This document shows positions 13,401-24,099 of a DNA stretch of 64,000 nt, one piece after another. The DNA is taken from positions 832,470 through 896,469 of the forward strand of contig BCGN01000007.1 of the NCBI GenBank assembly GCA_001599295.1. Reading direction: 5' to 3'. Each line of letters opens with the position of its first letter. Positions within the stretch are counted from its first letter, which is position 1. The notes under the pieces were generated by a model. That model ran no database searches. It worked only from the letters and a program-made list of their open reading frames with translations, and had not been told where the DNA came from. This stretch comes from Sporopachydermia quercuum (Eukaryota). Both the position numbers and the translations under genes were made by a program.

Positions 13401-13563
13401 ACTTTTCAACCAGTTAATCCAATCGCAAGCTGGTGAAAATATAAACAGGAAAGATAAGTTAGGCTACTGGCTAACGAAGAGACAAGAATGGAATCCTTTC
13501 TTGAAGATCGTTAGTTATAGAGAGAACGATGATGTTGAATTTTTAGCATCTACGTTTAGATAA
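10411..13563 (+). CDS. 1050-aa putative F-box / LRR-like protein with N/S-rich low-complexity inserts
   Basis: Long ORF; F-box-like LISLPKHILFNILSHPSLRLIDYISLLYSSQHLR; LRR-like units CSQLTELYLS, NLTYLDI, SLQTLIF, LRRLYIW, CCRLQELEM, CPRLTRLRM. Confidence 0.6.
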   Translation: MDNRFDEINKLELSTNYKDHHHDYNSSNDHIAGISYYTHLFNPGTFNGVSTGAHEHSTAGVSTNVSVSLPAQQLSNSSTNPFMMQSISTVPVPVGVPVPVPVPVPVHSMQPYYAYSQPILHKAPARKVKKQYKPRKLDKESISRRTEASKTLGISGKGSGKGSGKGSGKGSGKGSGSLFYHSSSPDDLFDPSNSIGSLSTSLSLISLPKHILFNILSHPSLRLIDYISLLYSSQHLRTVVLEYLRYHLFSNTYPGINYDKLSSNQKQELEEEFKAHYDIHKRRKATKKKFDKTLESDIIYSEHSMKDLGTISNNYNNIRNNNNSISSSSSTNTISNNSKNTDTGACLNTSTVSAAGSNNSYPFTADSNEIKAMRLLNRILFESPSPHSLFTALQHDEPSFSLISKLEIYNPLSIDFLFLLANQCSQLTELYLSFGQSLMLFLLNEENGGAIDDSMFHTSDNDNENIDNINNISINNTTSIVDSIDNNTSNNSSXNNNINTVDSIYSTTNASGTSGKAHNPQSSLSTSISDNRPKLSSSTAHSGLFGFQFLLYLDSIQASKPLSYYSVEFLQELYPSKAPTSFQDLPPLPKTVRTFRLPFLTHLKFARSSGLYEVLNESFLMGLLNGCKDNLTYLDIREWVLDNYEKPFENTFYATLEALKSLQTLIFVDTVNLNLKYVFLGTEKLTTLHSLVLGGNTTYTADNLRNGTFQLDSFYFNNVSRSKAIKLWRTETEEQSGLLEEHTKAGQLCFNRFFKAVARNPRMFSFVLKVLGRLRRLYIWKAVNLKVETVVELLPYCCRLQELEMMMCGISEEETNSKSEIETNITASSTGASNSELSPTAITPSSTISDYDISDISVVSIFEACPRLTRLRMRFFGYEVSSGHIQRIRHSGFIKTSKTIQFEVENSDGIVDGTGVSNDESISNNIGGSNGSGTGITTRGKSGKRVSLGDLFLSSTESATVNSTIPSTDSPPVIIERMRSKQPYVFSIRFRGFRSRSLFNQLIQSQAGENINRKDKLGYWLTKRQEWNPFLKIVSYRENDDVEFLASTFR
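10872..10939 (+). repeat. 12-bp coding minisatellite (ATCAGGCAAAGG) x5 plus partial, encoding (SGKG)n
   Basis: Five identical units seen directly. Confidence 0.95.
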
Positions 13564-14086
13564 GCAGTTTGGTTTTCTTATCAGCAGTTATTTAGGATTA
13601 GGATATAAGCAGTAGAAGGATTCATGTTAATTGATCGAATCATGGTGGTATTATGTGCCTGTAATGAGTATTATATACTGGAGGTGAGAATTTAATTCCA
13701 TCAATTATTGTCCCGATTGTTCCTGTAGAATTGAGAAGCGATCTCATTTGGACTGACAAGTACTTATGGCTTGATATATCAAGCTAAAACTAGTACTAGC
13801 TAGGTGAATGCTATTCCTGCTTGTGGGCGAGCCTTTCTACTAAACTATAATCGAATTCATATTCACTACAATTACTCCGTTTTGAATAGTTATTATACTT
13901 ATCATTATTACCATACAAGTGAAGTATCGTACTATATTCTACCAGATTTTATTCCAAAGATAACCAGATCACATATAACCCCAATTCTTAACTCTTTCAG
14001 ATTCCCATCAACTAGCTCTCTGCTAAAAATACATAATCTTTTTCCAAATCATCATTCAAGTATGATACTCACAACCTCAAGCAATC

Positions 14087-15253
14087 TCACATTCGAATAT
14101 CAACCCTTATCGACTCATGGAAAGACTGACGAAGATTGTAAGCCTTTTCATGCTTATTAACCAAATTTAATGGTCTGAAAGTGAATGAGTCGTTTTCTAT
14201 ATTATTCTTCGAGCTGTAAACCTGCGGTGGAAGCTGCTGTTGATACTTATACTGATATTTCTCGCCAGGAGGAATATGATTTTCTGAGTCCACTGTTGTC
14301 GTAGTATTGACTGAACCGTAAGATGAGATAGTAGATTGAGAGTCCGAAGACACCAACGACGGCATAGAAGGCACCGAAGAGTTTGAGAAGTTTCGAGGTG
14401 GCTGTGGAAGAATAGGTAAGGATGGCTTTCTTTTTGATAGAATAGGAGAAGCTAGTTCTTCGGGGATAGGAGCGACAGCTAATGATGAGAATGATCGATA
14501 GGATGACGCAATAGGACCTCTAGTAGGGATAGGATTAGTAATAGTCGTATTACTGTTGTTATTATTACTTTCTCTTAGCTTTGGTAACGTTAATGATGAT
14601 GTAGATTGTTTGATTGTCTTNCACTGTTGCTGCTGTTGCTGAACAGAGCTAGGTAGATTTCGCTTGATGGTTTCGTTCTTCTTGATCTTCAATTGTTGTT
14701 TGATTGGAATAATAAAGAAACTCAAGGCATCAACCAGCTCAGTATTNGTTACTTTTAGGTTCCAGTTCAATAAAAACAATAGTTGACGTTCCATCAAATT
14801 AATCTCGTGAATTGAGAATAACCCATCAGTATACTTACACCAATGCTTGTTCATTGGTGAGCTATCATTCAGATTTTTAGCTGACAGTATCAAACAAGCA
14901 AGGAAAATACGATGATATGTGCATTTCATACCTTTCGCTTGTGGCGACAATCTTTTCCTCAATCGAATGAGATACACAATTGTAGTCATCAGTGTAGGAG
15001 TTTGGACATTAGAGTATCTGATCAATGCTTTAATAAAGCTTTTCAACGATACGGTATCATCATCTGATAGCTTTTCGATTGGAGATGCTGGTGGTGAAGG
15101 ATAGGATGTATTGGTATTAGTTTTCCTATTATCGGAACCATCGTCAATTCTTATAACTGATTTGGCTGTAGCAACTAACATATCTACCATATCATTGCTC
15201 ACAGGAGTTCTGACGAAAGCNTTCAATGCTTCCTTATCTAATGCTGATATCAT
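14087..15253 (-). CDS. PCL2: Pho85 cyclin of the Pcl1/Pcl2 subfamily
   Basis: Cyclin box [18 protein letters not shown]...[25 protein letters not shown]...[17 protein letters not shown]; tandem downstream of VCX1 as for S. cerevisiae VCX1/PCL2 (YDL128W/YDL127W). PCL1 vs PCL2/PCL9 is decided by synteny only. Confidence 0.8.
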   Translation of the reverse strand: MISALDKEALXAFVRTPVSNDMVDMLVATAKSVIRIDDGSDNRKTNTNTSYPSPPASPIEKLSDDDTVSLKSFIKALIRYSNVQTPTLMTTIVYLIRLRKRLSPQAKGMKCTYHRIFLACLILSAKNLNDSSPMNKHWCKYTDGLFSIHEINLMERQLLFLLNWNLKVXNTELVDALSFFIIPIKQQLKIKKNETIKRNLPSSVQQQQQQXKTIKQSTSSLTLPKLRESNNNNSNTTITNPIPTRGPIASSYRSFSSLAVAPIPEELASPILSKRKPSLPILPQPPRNFSNSSVPSMPSLVSSDSQSTISSYGSVNTTTTVDSENHIPPGEKYQYKYQQQLPPQVYSSKNNIENDSFTFRPLNLVNKHEKAYNLRQSFHESIRVDIRM

Positions 15254-16490
15254 TTTGAGAAAGTGAAGAGTATTAGTATTGATTATCGTAAGTTGAAAAT
15301 TGGTTTGAATCAGTTATCTGTTGTTTCTATGCAAATATTATCAAAAGTCTTAAAGGTCTTCATTTGCTATAGTAGGGTAGCTCTCTGTTTGATTCAATGC
15401 TGTATTTCGATTCGTTTGATTTTATCAAACTTATTTAAAAGCTCAATAAAACAGTCAGAATGCTTGGTATCTAGATATAACGTATAAAAAAGGTGAATCA
15501 AAAGCTGTCAAGCTGCACTTCCAAAATAGAAAATGCGTAGATGGGTGGTAATATTACACNTCTATTNGATGCAACTTGCAGTCTATAGAAAGAATGCTTG
15601 CGATGCAATAATGATTGAATGCTAGGCTGCTTAAATTAATTGTCGTTTGATGTTGGCAACATATAGATAGCCAGAATACATAGCTAGAATAAANGAGAAG
15701 TTAGGAAGTTTTTGAAAGAAAGGGAAGAAAAAGATTAGTTAGCAGTTCAAAGGTATATATCAACAGTTCAAGATGACAAGGAGGAAGGTGAAGAAGTGAG
15801 AAAAGAAAACAACAAGAGAGAGANGTTAAATCTTTAACAAGCAGGACAAGTACTTCTCCAAGTTTGGTAATTATTCATAATGTTAAATAGTTTGTTTCAC
15901 TAAAGAAACACGTCTTCAGAATGGAATGGGAACGCAATGAGAATGAGAATGAGAANTACAATGAAAAGAGTAAGTATGGTTGATGGTGGGTCAGGTACTA
16001 ATCGCCTAATGAGGAATAAATGTATTAAACCTAAACCGTGGTTTAAGTAGCCATTAACTAAAACGGTATTTTCTAAATTCGAGTAAAATCTTACTAACTT
16101 TTATAGAGATTTCTGCTGGAGAGAGTAGGGAATATAGTATGTAAAAGTGCTGGATAAGCGGGTTCAAGGCGAGTTTTCATGAATAGAAGAAGTTTTTCGA
16201 AATTGAGTGCGATAAACCTTAATAAGGTTTAGTTAAAGCCAATCAAAGTTAATCAGGATGTCAAGAGCAAGAGTGTAAGGGGTTTCTGGATCGAAATACT
16301 AGTAGATTATAGTCAATAAAACACAAAGTAAAAGCAGTAGACAATTACTTAATTTGCATCTCTTATTTTCATTTTTCACGTAATATACTAACCTATTTCA
16401 AGTGTATGTATGTACTCTATATCATTTTGCTCAAAATAACAATATTATTTCATTCCTTCCTCATGCATGATATTCTCCTTTCGTTGATTT

Positions 16491-16877
16491 CACGCGCCGT
16501 CATAATGAACCTGTTTTCATGTTTTCAAAAGAGTACCACAATTTCAATTTACTATTCCAATCCAATACCAGCTTGAAATACCAGACTAAGAGATTGCTGT
16601 AATAGCTGATAATTATCATCTCTTGAAAAATTTCCATTGCTCGACGCGTTCAAATTTTCCTGTTTAAGAATCATGCTTAAATGGCTGGCTAGTTAAATTA
16701 GATTTTAGTAGAAAATTTCATCTAAAGGCTGGTGAAAACCACTACCTTTTATTTAAGGTCTGCATTATAATATTACAGTTTGCACTAATTCCTTTGAAAC
16801 GCGAAAGAATCTTAAACGTTATTATTTTAGGAAGGAGAATCGATAAACGTTATTTCCTTTAATGCAGCTTTTTCGTG
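16491..16877. promoter_or_regulatory. Cluster of MCB/SCB-like G1/S elements upstream of the cyclin gene
   Basis: CACGCG 16491, ACGCGT 16644-16649, CGCGAAA 16800-16806, TTTCGTG (reverse of CACGAAA) 16871-16877 in otherwise CpG-poor DNA. Confidence 0.5.
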
Positions 16878-18362
16878 TCAGCTTTTTGATGGTTTAATGA
16901 AAAATTAGTATACGTTTCGTAGATAAATGATTCAAACGATTATTAATACAGCTTTTCAATATAAGAGAAGCTTGGAGTCTTGTGGTAACCACACAGGACT
17001 AATTTGTAGAGAAGACTCAATTTCAAGCATTCATTGCAGTAAAATCGACTGCCCCACCAGCTGTAATAATCAGCCCAGTATCTAAATATTCTGCTAAGGA
17101 TGTTTGCTGGTTGGTTAGTGGTTTTTGATGAATGTTACCGTATATTAAACTAGCAATTTGACACTTATTGTTTGACTGCTATTGCTTTTCTGGGTAATCA
17201 CATATCGAATAAATTGGTTTTCATTTTATATTTTTTCTGTATCGATAGTTATTCAGGATGACGGTAGCCTCACACTTTCTTCAAATAATACTTAGAATTG
17301 CTAAATAGCTGGTCCGTTATGTCAATCTGGAATATAGCTAGGATCACTCGACATTTGACATTTTGATATGACAGCTTGCTTTAATTACATGCCTTGTCTA
17401 GTAATAATTGGTTGACAGGTTATTATTATTTTATTTTAGTTTGTTTTCATAGTGTCACATTTCGTCACTGACATGGTACACTAGAAGTATCATCACAAGC
17501 GAACAACAGCCATACGGTGAGAATGATCAATGAAAAGCAAGCTTCTTTTGCAGAACCAAAGACAAACAATGAGACCAAACTTTTTAATAGAAAAGTGCAA
17601 AATAGATAAGCTTTGATAAATTTTGTTTTAAAATTTACCTATGGAATCTTTCATACTTGTATGATAAGCATATGTGCCAACTGGTATGTTGAATAGNAGG
17701 CTTNTTGATATTTATCTTATCAATTGGCTGTTATGGGGCCTAATTTAATAGCTTACAAATAAANTGTTTCTAAATAGTATCATAGAATACTATGAAGCTT
17801 CTCATATTCACATAAAATTTTCTAATAGAAGTAGCATCCATTAGTAATGGCTGTGTATTTCACTCATTTACAGTATCTATAGAACAATCGACATAGTAAC
17901 AATGACTATGATGAATCAGAAGATATTACTACCATTCATAGGAATAGATCGAAAGAATCAATAGATTAAGACATCGTTAAACTATTATTCCGATTCTACG
18001 ATTCCGGTGATGCTGACACTCATTCAATTCGTTATATGTAACTCAGTCTATAACTCTAATACACCTTCGAGAACAGGGAAGTATGCAGGGTCGGGTCCTT
18101 TCCTGATGGAAATGAGATCTCAAAATGCTACATATTTATACCTGAATGCTAAATTCCTACCATAAGAATAGTGCCATTATACTTATCCTTGTTTTTAATC
18201 AGACGGTAGTATAATACTACTATACATGTGGTCCATCTGTCGCTCTGAACTTTCAGATCCATGTCTTACTCTTATTCAATTTCACAATACACATTCCATA
18301 TTAATTTCGCTAAATATTTCGCATACCATATGTTTTAAAACTACATATAACTCCATCCGTCC

Positions 18363-19565
18363 TTAAACTGAAGTCTCAGGATAATAGTATAAGGCAATTG
18401 CAATGATAATATAAGTACCAATCAACATTGCACCCTCTAGCCAATTTGATTCACCATCCAAAATCAAATAATTGCAAATGAAAACAGAAACAAATAAAAC
18501 GGCTGTTTCAAATGTTGAGAAAAATAAACTCATTGGTTCATCCACAATCCAACCAAGGATTACCAAGAATGGAGTTAAGAATAAGGCAATTTGCATCGAA
18601 GAACCAATTGATACTCCGATTGCAAGATCCATCTTGTCTTTCATAGCAACTAGAACAGCAGTTACATGCTCAGCAGCATTTCCAACAATTGGAATCAAAA
18701 TCAAACCGATAAATGTCTTAGATAACGTGGTTTTCGCTACAACGTCATCAATAGATCCTACCAAATATTCTGCACATACAGCAACAATAATAGTAATCAC
18801 CAGTAGTAATACAAGGGATCTTGGTACGGACAAATGACATTCAGGTTCAGAGAGACTTTCACCGTCGTTAGCGGCTACTTCGCTTTCAGTAGCCTCAAAA
18901 ATTGATGCATGTGTTTTAAGCTGGAAATAAAGGTATAAGACATAGATGACTAATAGAACAATTGCGGTACCTCTTGATAGATCTAAAATCTTCGTGTCAC
19001 CATCACCACTTGCTGATTTTGGAATTGATGCATGGAAAGCAGCAGGAATAAGCAAACTGGAACAAGAAACTGCCATCAAGGAGCTCATTGTTTGGGCAAT
19101 CGTTTGATTGAAATGTTGTTGGAGACGATTATAACCACCCGCTATAAAACAGCAGCCGAGAACTAATAAAAGGTTTGATAGAATGGAACCAAGCATTGAT
19201 GCTTGGACAATTCTAATCTCACCTCTCATTAAAGCAACAATTGATACAATTAGTTCAACGGCATTTCCGAAAGTTGCATTCAATAATCCACCAATGGTTT
19301 CTCCTACATGAACAGAAATTTCTTCAGTTGCAAACGATAGCAGTGATGCTAATGGTATGATAGACACGAAGTTCAGTATGAATGTTAGGTTTGCTCCCCA
19401 CTGCAAGTAGCCAGAGAGAATACCAAATGGAACGAACAAAAGAAATACGTTTATGTAGGAACTGAAAAGAATTTCTTTCAACCCTACGGCCTTCGATTCA
19501 AATACTACCAAGCTGGTGACCCTTCTTCTGGGCATTAGCGGGCTTCTTTCTGATGAGAATGACAT
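18363..19565 (-). CDS. VCX1: Vacuolar Ca2+/H+ exchanger
   Basis: CAX alpha repeats [16 protein letters not shown] and [18 protein letters not shown] 19565 gives [11 protein letters not shown] with an acidic-dileucine-like sorting motif. Confidence 0.93.
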   Translation of the reverse strand: MSFSSERSPLMPRRRVTSLVVFESKAVGLKEILFSSYINVFLLFVPFGILSGYLQWGANLTFILNFVSIIPLASLLSFATEEISVHVGETIGGLLNATFGNAVELIVSIVALMRGEIRIVQASMLGSILSNLLLVLGCCFIAGGYNRLQQHFNQTIAQTMSSLMAVSCSSLLIPAAFHASIPKSASGDGDTKILDLSRGTAIVLLVIYVLYLYFQLKTHASIFEATESEVAANDGESLSEPECHLSVPRSLVLLLVITIIVAVCAEYLVGSIDDVVAKTTLSKTFIGLILIPIVGNAAEHVTAVLVAMKDKMDLAIGVSIGSSMQIALFLTPFLVILGWIVDEPMSLFFSTFETAVLFVSVFICNYLILDGESNWLEGAMLIGTYIIIAIALYYYPETSV

Positions 19566-20921
19566 AATGAACGATGAGAATTCAACTAGGATAAGATCTT
19601 CAAAGTTGGTACTAATTGGAATTGCTGGACTTCTTTCGTTGCAATGGAAAACAATCACTCAAAGTAGTAGTAAGTAGGAGAAGCGGATGCTTTTAAATCC
19701 AGCGTTTAACCTCTGGTGTTTGAGAGCTTAGTTTCAATGTGTCTGGGATGTCGTATTGAATGTCTATGCATCTACCTTATACCCACATCAGTTACACTTG
19801 GGAGCTGTTGTTTGACGTATGTTTAGTTAGCAATTGGCCATGCTTCAATCTGAACTTATCATTGAGGTCAAAATAACAGCTATAACTATCAATCAACACG
19901 CTAATTAGATATATATCTACAATAAATGACTGAATTTACCGTTAGCAAACATGGCCGTTTGGAAGAAAGGAAGGGAAAAGGTGGAAGGCTTCTTGCAAAT
20001 TTCGACCACAAGAAATGGCTTTTTTCGAAACCGAACTTCCAATGGTTCCGCAAAAAGTTATAAGGTTTGAAAAATAAAGTAAGGTTCACATACTTGCATA
20101 CTTTTACATAAAACATCGAACTTTAATTTNTAGGACTTATTGATTGGAAATAGTTGTAGATAAATTTCGACCGGTCATTGACAACCATAAAATAATATGT
20201 AAACTGTATTTAATGAATCAAGGTACCGTATTTAGTAGAATACTTTTTCTGGTATTTGCTTTCAGGTTTCACTCTTATTATCATCGATCAAACTTCTTCT
20301 CCTCACAATATTAAGATTTCTATAGAATGCTTATTTTGCTCGATGAGGTTTCTTCCTTTCCTAGTTAGGCTCCTTCCAGCATTACATCGTGAATTTTAGT
20401 GTAGTACATCTTATTACATCAGTTATTTTCTTCTTTTTGAACCAGCTTTATACGTCAGTAAGCCAAGCAAAACCCTGATTCTCTGGCTAATAAGTCAAGT
20501 ACTCTGCTCCTAGAAAGACTTTTCGCAAACCAAAATTTACTTATTTCTATAAAGTCACCAATTAATTCGCTTGACATCTCAGAATAAGGTTTCCCTTTTA
20601 TGAACCTTAATACAAAAAGAAGGCAGTGCTGGACCCAAAGTTTCCTTAAACAGTAACTTTTGAGTCATGTTGACACTGTGTTCCAGTAGGATGACTCATT
20701 GGCCCTTGTCAGTGGATTTCACAACAGGAAAACAATCAGGTCTAGAGTTGATTGTGATGAGAACATAATCACGGAAAAGCTTGCGGAAAAAATAAAGTTA
20801 ATACGACCCCAATGGCTTAGAGAAAGGCAGGAGAAATTTGTGGAAAGAAGATTGATTATGCAGTAGAAAACATAGAGATGAAGATGCTTCGATTTGCATA
20901 CTGTCAATCTACGAAAGGCTT

Positions 20922-20958
20922 GGTTAAAGTCTAGGTTAGAGTCTAGGTTAAAGTCTAG
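20922..20958. repeat. 12-bp tandem repeat GGTTARAGTCTA x3
   Basis: ggttaaagtcta ggttagagtcta ggttaaagtcta just downstream of the SREBP stop codon. Confidence 0.85.
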
Positions 20959-21045
20959 TCGATGATTGGTTTAAAGAATTAATTAACTAATAATAAAATA
21001 ATAATAAACTATACAATACAAATGGAAATATTAAGAAACAAATAT

Positions 21046-24000
21046 CTAATCAAACCCGCCGATACGTTTACCAAATTCAACAGTCTTTTCAACAACGTCA
21101 CTTCTCACAACGTCTGGTAGTCCTGCCTTTAACCCCATTTCACCACCAACCCAAACTCTGCAAACAGCATTCACACCTTGTAAATTTTCCCCATCAACAT
21201 TGTCATCATGCAATGCATATTGTAAAGTAGTATAAAGAGCACTGAATCCAATCAGGTCAATTGATTGTAAATTTTCCAATTCAGTCTCATTTCTAGTTAA
21301 TAGATTCCTGATTAATTGATTGGCTTTTTCATACTGTCCACTCCTCATTCTTAACATGATACAAGCAGTACCTAATAGTATTGAAATCTCCCGTGATACT
21401 GATTTCAAACTAGCCTTAACCATAACTACTTTTGGTTCCCACCTTTCCATTTTCACACTTTGAATGTTTGGTGGTAATTCATAATCAAGTTCATTACCAG
21501 AAAGTGTCGTACTGGATCCACTGTTGGCACTATCACTGTCTTCTGCAAAATCATTATCCAGTTTATTGCTTAATGATGATTGGCTCAATTCTTCATCGGC
21601 GAAAACGTCTTCAAGATCCTCATCAACATATTCAAAAGGCGCAATAACGGGAACTTCGATAGCGCCGGCTTCAACTTGCTTCTTAATTTCGCTGAAAGCT
21701 TCAGCAACTCTTGCTTCAGAGTCTTTCTTATCGAAAAGACAGGCCAATAAAGCACGCGAAGTGATATATCGTTTATGAACTTGTGACTCTGGTACTGCAA
21801 TACTTCCAGCAATCTCATACAAAGAAAGAACATCATCTTGATAAGACTTATTCTTATTCTCTGTTGAAACAATATCAATCCATAAAAGACGCATTAGATA
21901 ATTGGAATAGATATTTCTCAATACATCAATTACTGTAGTTAAGGTAGCATCTTCGTAAACAGATTGATATCCTTCATCTGTTTCATCAGATCTCTGATGG
22001 AAAGCAAGGTTGTGTAATCGGTGGCTGACATCAGAAGTTCCTAAAACATCTTCAAATGATAAATCCATTAATCCTTTAGTGACACTTCCTTCTTTATCGC
22101 GTGGTTTTCCATCGCTGAACTTTCTTTGAGCACTCTTCCATAAATATTCACCTAAAGGCCTTAAACATATCCTTATCAATCCATTTGAATTGGAGATGAG
22201 TAATTGTGTGATGGTTGCTTCTGTAATTAATCTGTCAACGTTATCTTCAAAAGTCATGAGTTTTAGTAATGAAAAGAACAATCTCGCATTGGATATTGAT
22301 TCATCACCACCTGTTAATTGTGAATCAACTACTCTATCCCATGTGGTTTCATAAACATCTCTTGACTCATCAGCTTGAAGAACACCAACCAGTTTCTTCT
22401 TAACGATTTGCATAACAAGTATTATATATGATGATAAATAGTGCAGCCATTCACTAAGACCAATAGATGAGTTTGCAGTAACAGGGAATGCCCCTGAGGA
22501 TGTTAGGGAGAATATTTTGTTGGCTCTTAAAACTAACTCATAGTGTGTTTCTAAGATATCGGCAATTTTCTGCTTTTCTAATTGGATTTGCTTGTTACTT
22601 CTGTTAATGCTGCTGATAGAAGATGTGAAGAGTGAAATCAAGTAACTTGGAGACACAACATAAGCAACAGCTGTGAATACAAGCATTAACCTGAATAATC
22701 CAAACAACGATGCATATGATACTGAAGGTCCCGTTCCAGCCCCAAAGCCAAACACTGGTAGAGCAAACAAACCTCGATCGTTTCCATAATCATTTATTAA
22801 TCCTGTGCCAATAACGCCAGCCATAGATGCCATTAAAACTCTCTGAGGAATGTTCCGAGCCATGTACATGTAATCGTTACCGTATTCGTTAGCATTCGAT
22901 CGTTGAGCTGCTCCTGGTGGAGGAGGAGGTACCATTGAATTAGGAGATCCATTACCAACTACTTGTTGGGGAGGGATTTGGTTATTGAACGTGTTTAATC
23001 CATGGTTAGATGGGCGAGCTTGTGATTGGCCTTGAGGTTGAGGTTGTCTATGGGATTGCTGCTGTTGTTGGAAATAGAAAGATCTTTTTAACTCTTCGTT
23101 TTCTTTTGCCAAGATAGAGTTCCGGCTTTCTAAATGACGAATATACTCAGTAGCTTTCGTTAAAACGGTGGCCTTGTTGAGTTTTGAGGCTGGTGTTAAT
23201 CCATCTAAATCAACCTCTTCAGCATTACCAGTAACAACAACTCTTAAAGAAGGNACACAGTCCCTTAAGGCAAGAATCTTATCGTTGATGTTTGTTCGAT
23301 ATTTCTTTTCAATCATATTATGACTGGTCTTTTCTTTCCGAGGTTTGGATACTTTATTCTGTTTTGTGGAAGCAGACAAAAAATCATTCTTATTTCCAGG
23401 TGAGGNTTCTGATCCTGGTGAAGATGACTCAGACCTCAACTCTCCTTTAACTCCTTCGTCAAAAGATGATCTATGGNTAGAACCTCTATTATTGTGGTTA
23501 GTATNACCACTAATAGCATCGTGAATTTTGCTAGCAGCAGAAATAGAATTAACATTTGATTGCTGCCTGTCCAAAANAATCTTTGAATTNATTTCTAGCT
23601 TTTCCTCAATAGGGGAAAAATAAGGGTCTGAGTAGGAAGATACTGACGTAGACTTGGAGAAGGTATTAACATCATCATTCAAAGAGTCAACCGGTGATTG
23701 ATGACTACTTGAGGATGCTCCAGATGAAGGCATTACAGTAGTAGCACCAAGGTTTAATCCACCTCCATATTGAACTGTGGTAGTTGTTGGTGATATTCCC
23801 ATAGTGCTGTTGTTGCTGTTTATACTATTTCCTTTATTGTTGCCTTGATGAGCAATTCCAACAGATGTGGCATCGTTACNATTTGGCCCTAAGTTTGATA
23901 GATTCACAGATGTCAACTGAGATCTATTGGGAGGATCCAAAGGAAAATTCAGATCATTCAACGGATCAACAGGTCCTCGAACATTTCCTAAAAATGACAA

Positions 24001-24099
24001 TCCGGGGCCTGTTTCAGCGTCGTTGTTGATTGAATCTAAAAATGAATCGCAATCAGCCAGGTTAAAACTGAACTGGTCTCTTGGCATATGCGTTCCCAT
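21046..24099 (-). CDS. SREBP-family bHLH transcription factor with transmembrane region and DUF2014-like C-terminal domain (Sre1/SrbA/Cph2 family)
   Basis: Basic region SHNMIEKKYRTNINDKI carries the SREBP-diagnostic Tyr; KLNKATVLTKATEYIRHL; hydrophobic segments RVLMASMAGVIG / GLFALP / LFGLFRLMLVFTAVAYVV; WDRVVDSQLTGGD resembles DUF2014. Confidence 0.88.
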   Translation of the reverse strand: MGTHMPRDQFSFNLADCDSFLDSINNDAETGPGLSFLGNVRGPVDPLNDLNFPLDPPNRSQLTSVNLSNLGPNXNDATSVGIAHQGNNKGNSINSNNSTMGISPTTTTVQYGGGLNLGATTVMPSSGASSSSHQSPVDSLNDDVNTFSKSTSVSSYSDPYFSPIEEKLEXNSKIXLDRQQSNVNSISAASKIHDAISGXTNHNNRGSXHRSSFDEGVKGELRSESSSPGSEXSPGNKNDFLSASTKQNKVSKPRKEKTSHNMIEKKYRTNINDKILALRDCXPSLRVVVTGNAEEVDLDGLTPASKLNKATVLTKATEYIRHLESRNSILAKENEELKRSFYFQQQQQSHRQPQPQGQSQARPSNHGLNTFNNQIPPQQVVGNGSPNSMVPPPPPGAAQRSNANEYGNDYMYMARNIPQRVLMASMAGVIGTGLINDYGNDRGLFALPVFGFGAGTGPSVSYASLFGLFRLMLVFTAVAYVVSPSYLISLFTSSISSINRSNKQIQLEKQKIADILETHYELVLRANKIFSLTSSGAFPVTANSSIGLSEWLHYLSSYIILVMQIVKKKLVGVLQADESRDVYETTWDRVVDSQLTGGDESISNARLFFSLLKLMTFEDNVDRLITEATITQLLISNSNGLIRICLRPLGEYLWKSAQRKFSDGKPRDKEGSVTKGLMDLSFEDVLGTSDVSHRLHNLAFHQRSDETDEGYQSVYEDATLTTVIDVLRNIYSNYLMRLLWIDIVSTENKNKSYQDDVLSLYEIAGSIAVPESQVHKRYITSRALLACLFDKKDSEARVAEAFSEIKKQVEAGAIEVPVIAPFEYVDEDLEDVFADEELSQSSLSNKLDNDFAEDSDSANSGSSTTLSGNELDYELPPNIQSVKMERWEPKVVMVKASLKSVSREISILLGTACIMLRMRSGQYEKANQLIRNLLTRNETELENLQSIDLIGFSALYTTLQYALHDDNVDGENLQGVNAVCRVWVGGEMGLKAGLPDVVRSDVVEKTVEFGKRIGGFD

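Noticed and set aside
20922..20958. Repeat resembling a yeast telomeric unit
   Set aside because: Only three imperfect internal copies and the species' telomere repeat is unknown.
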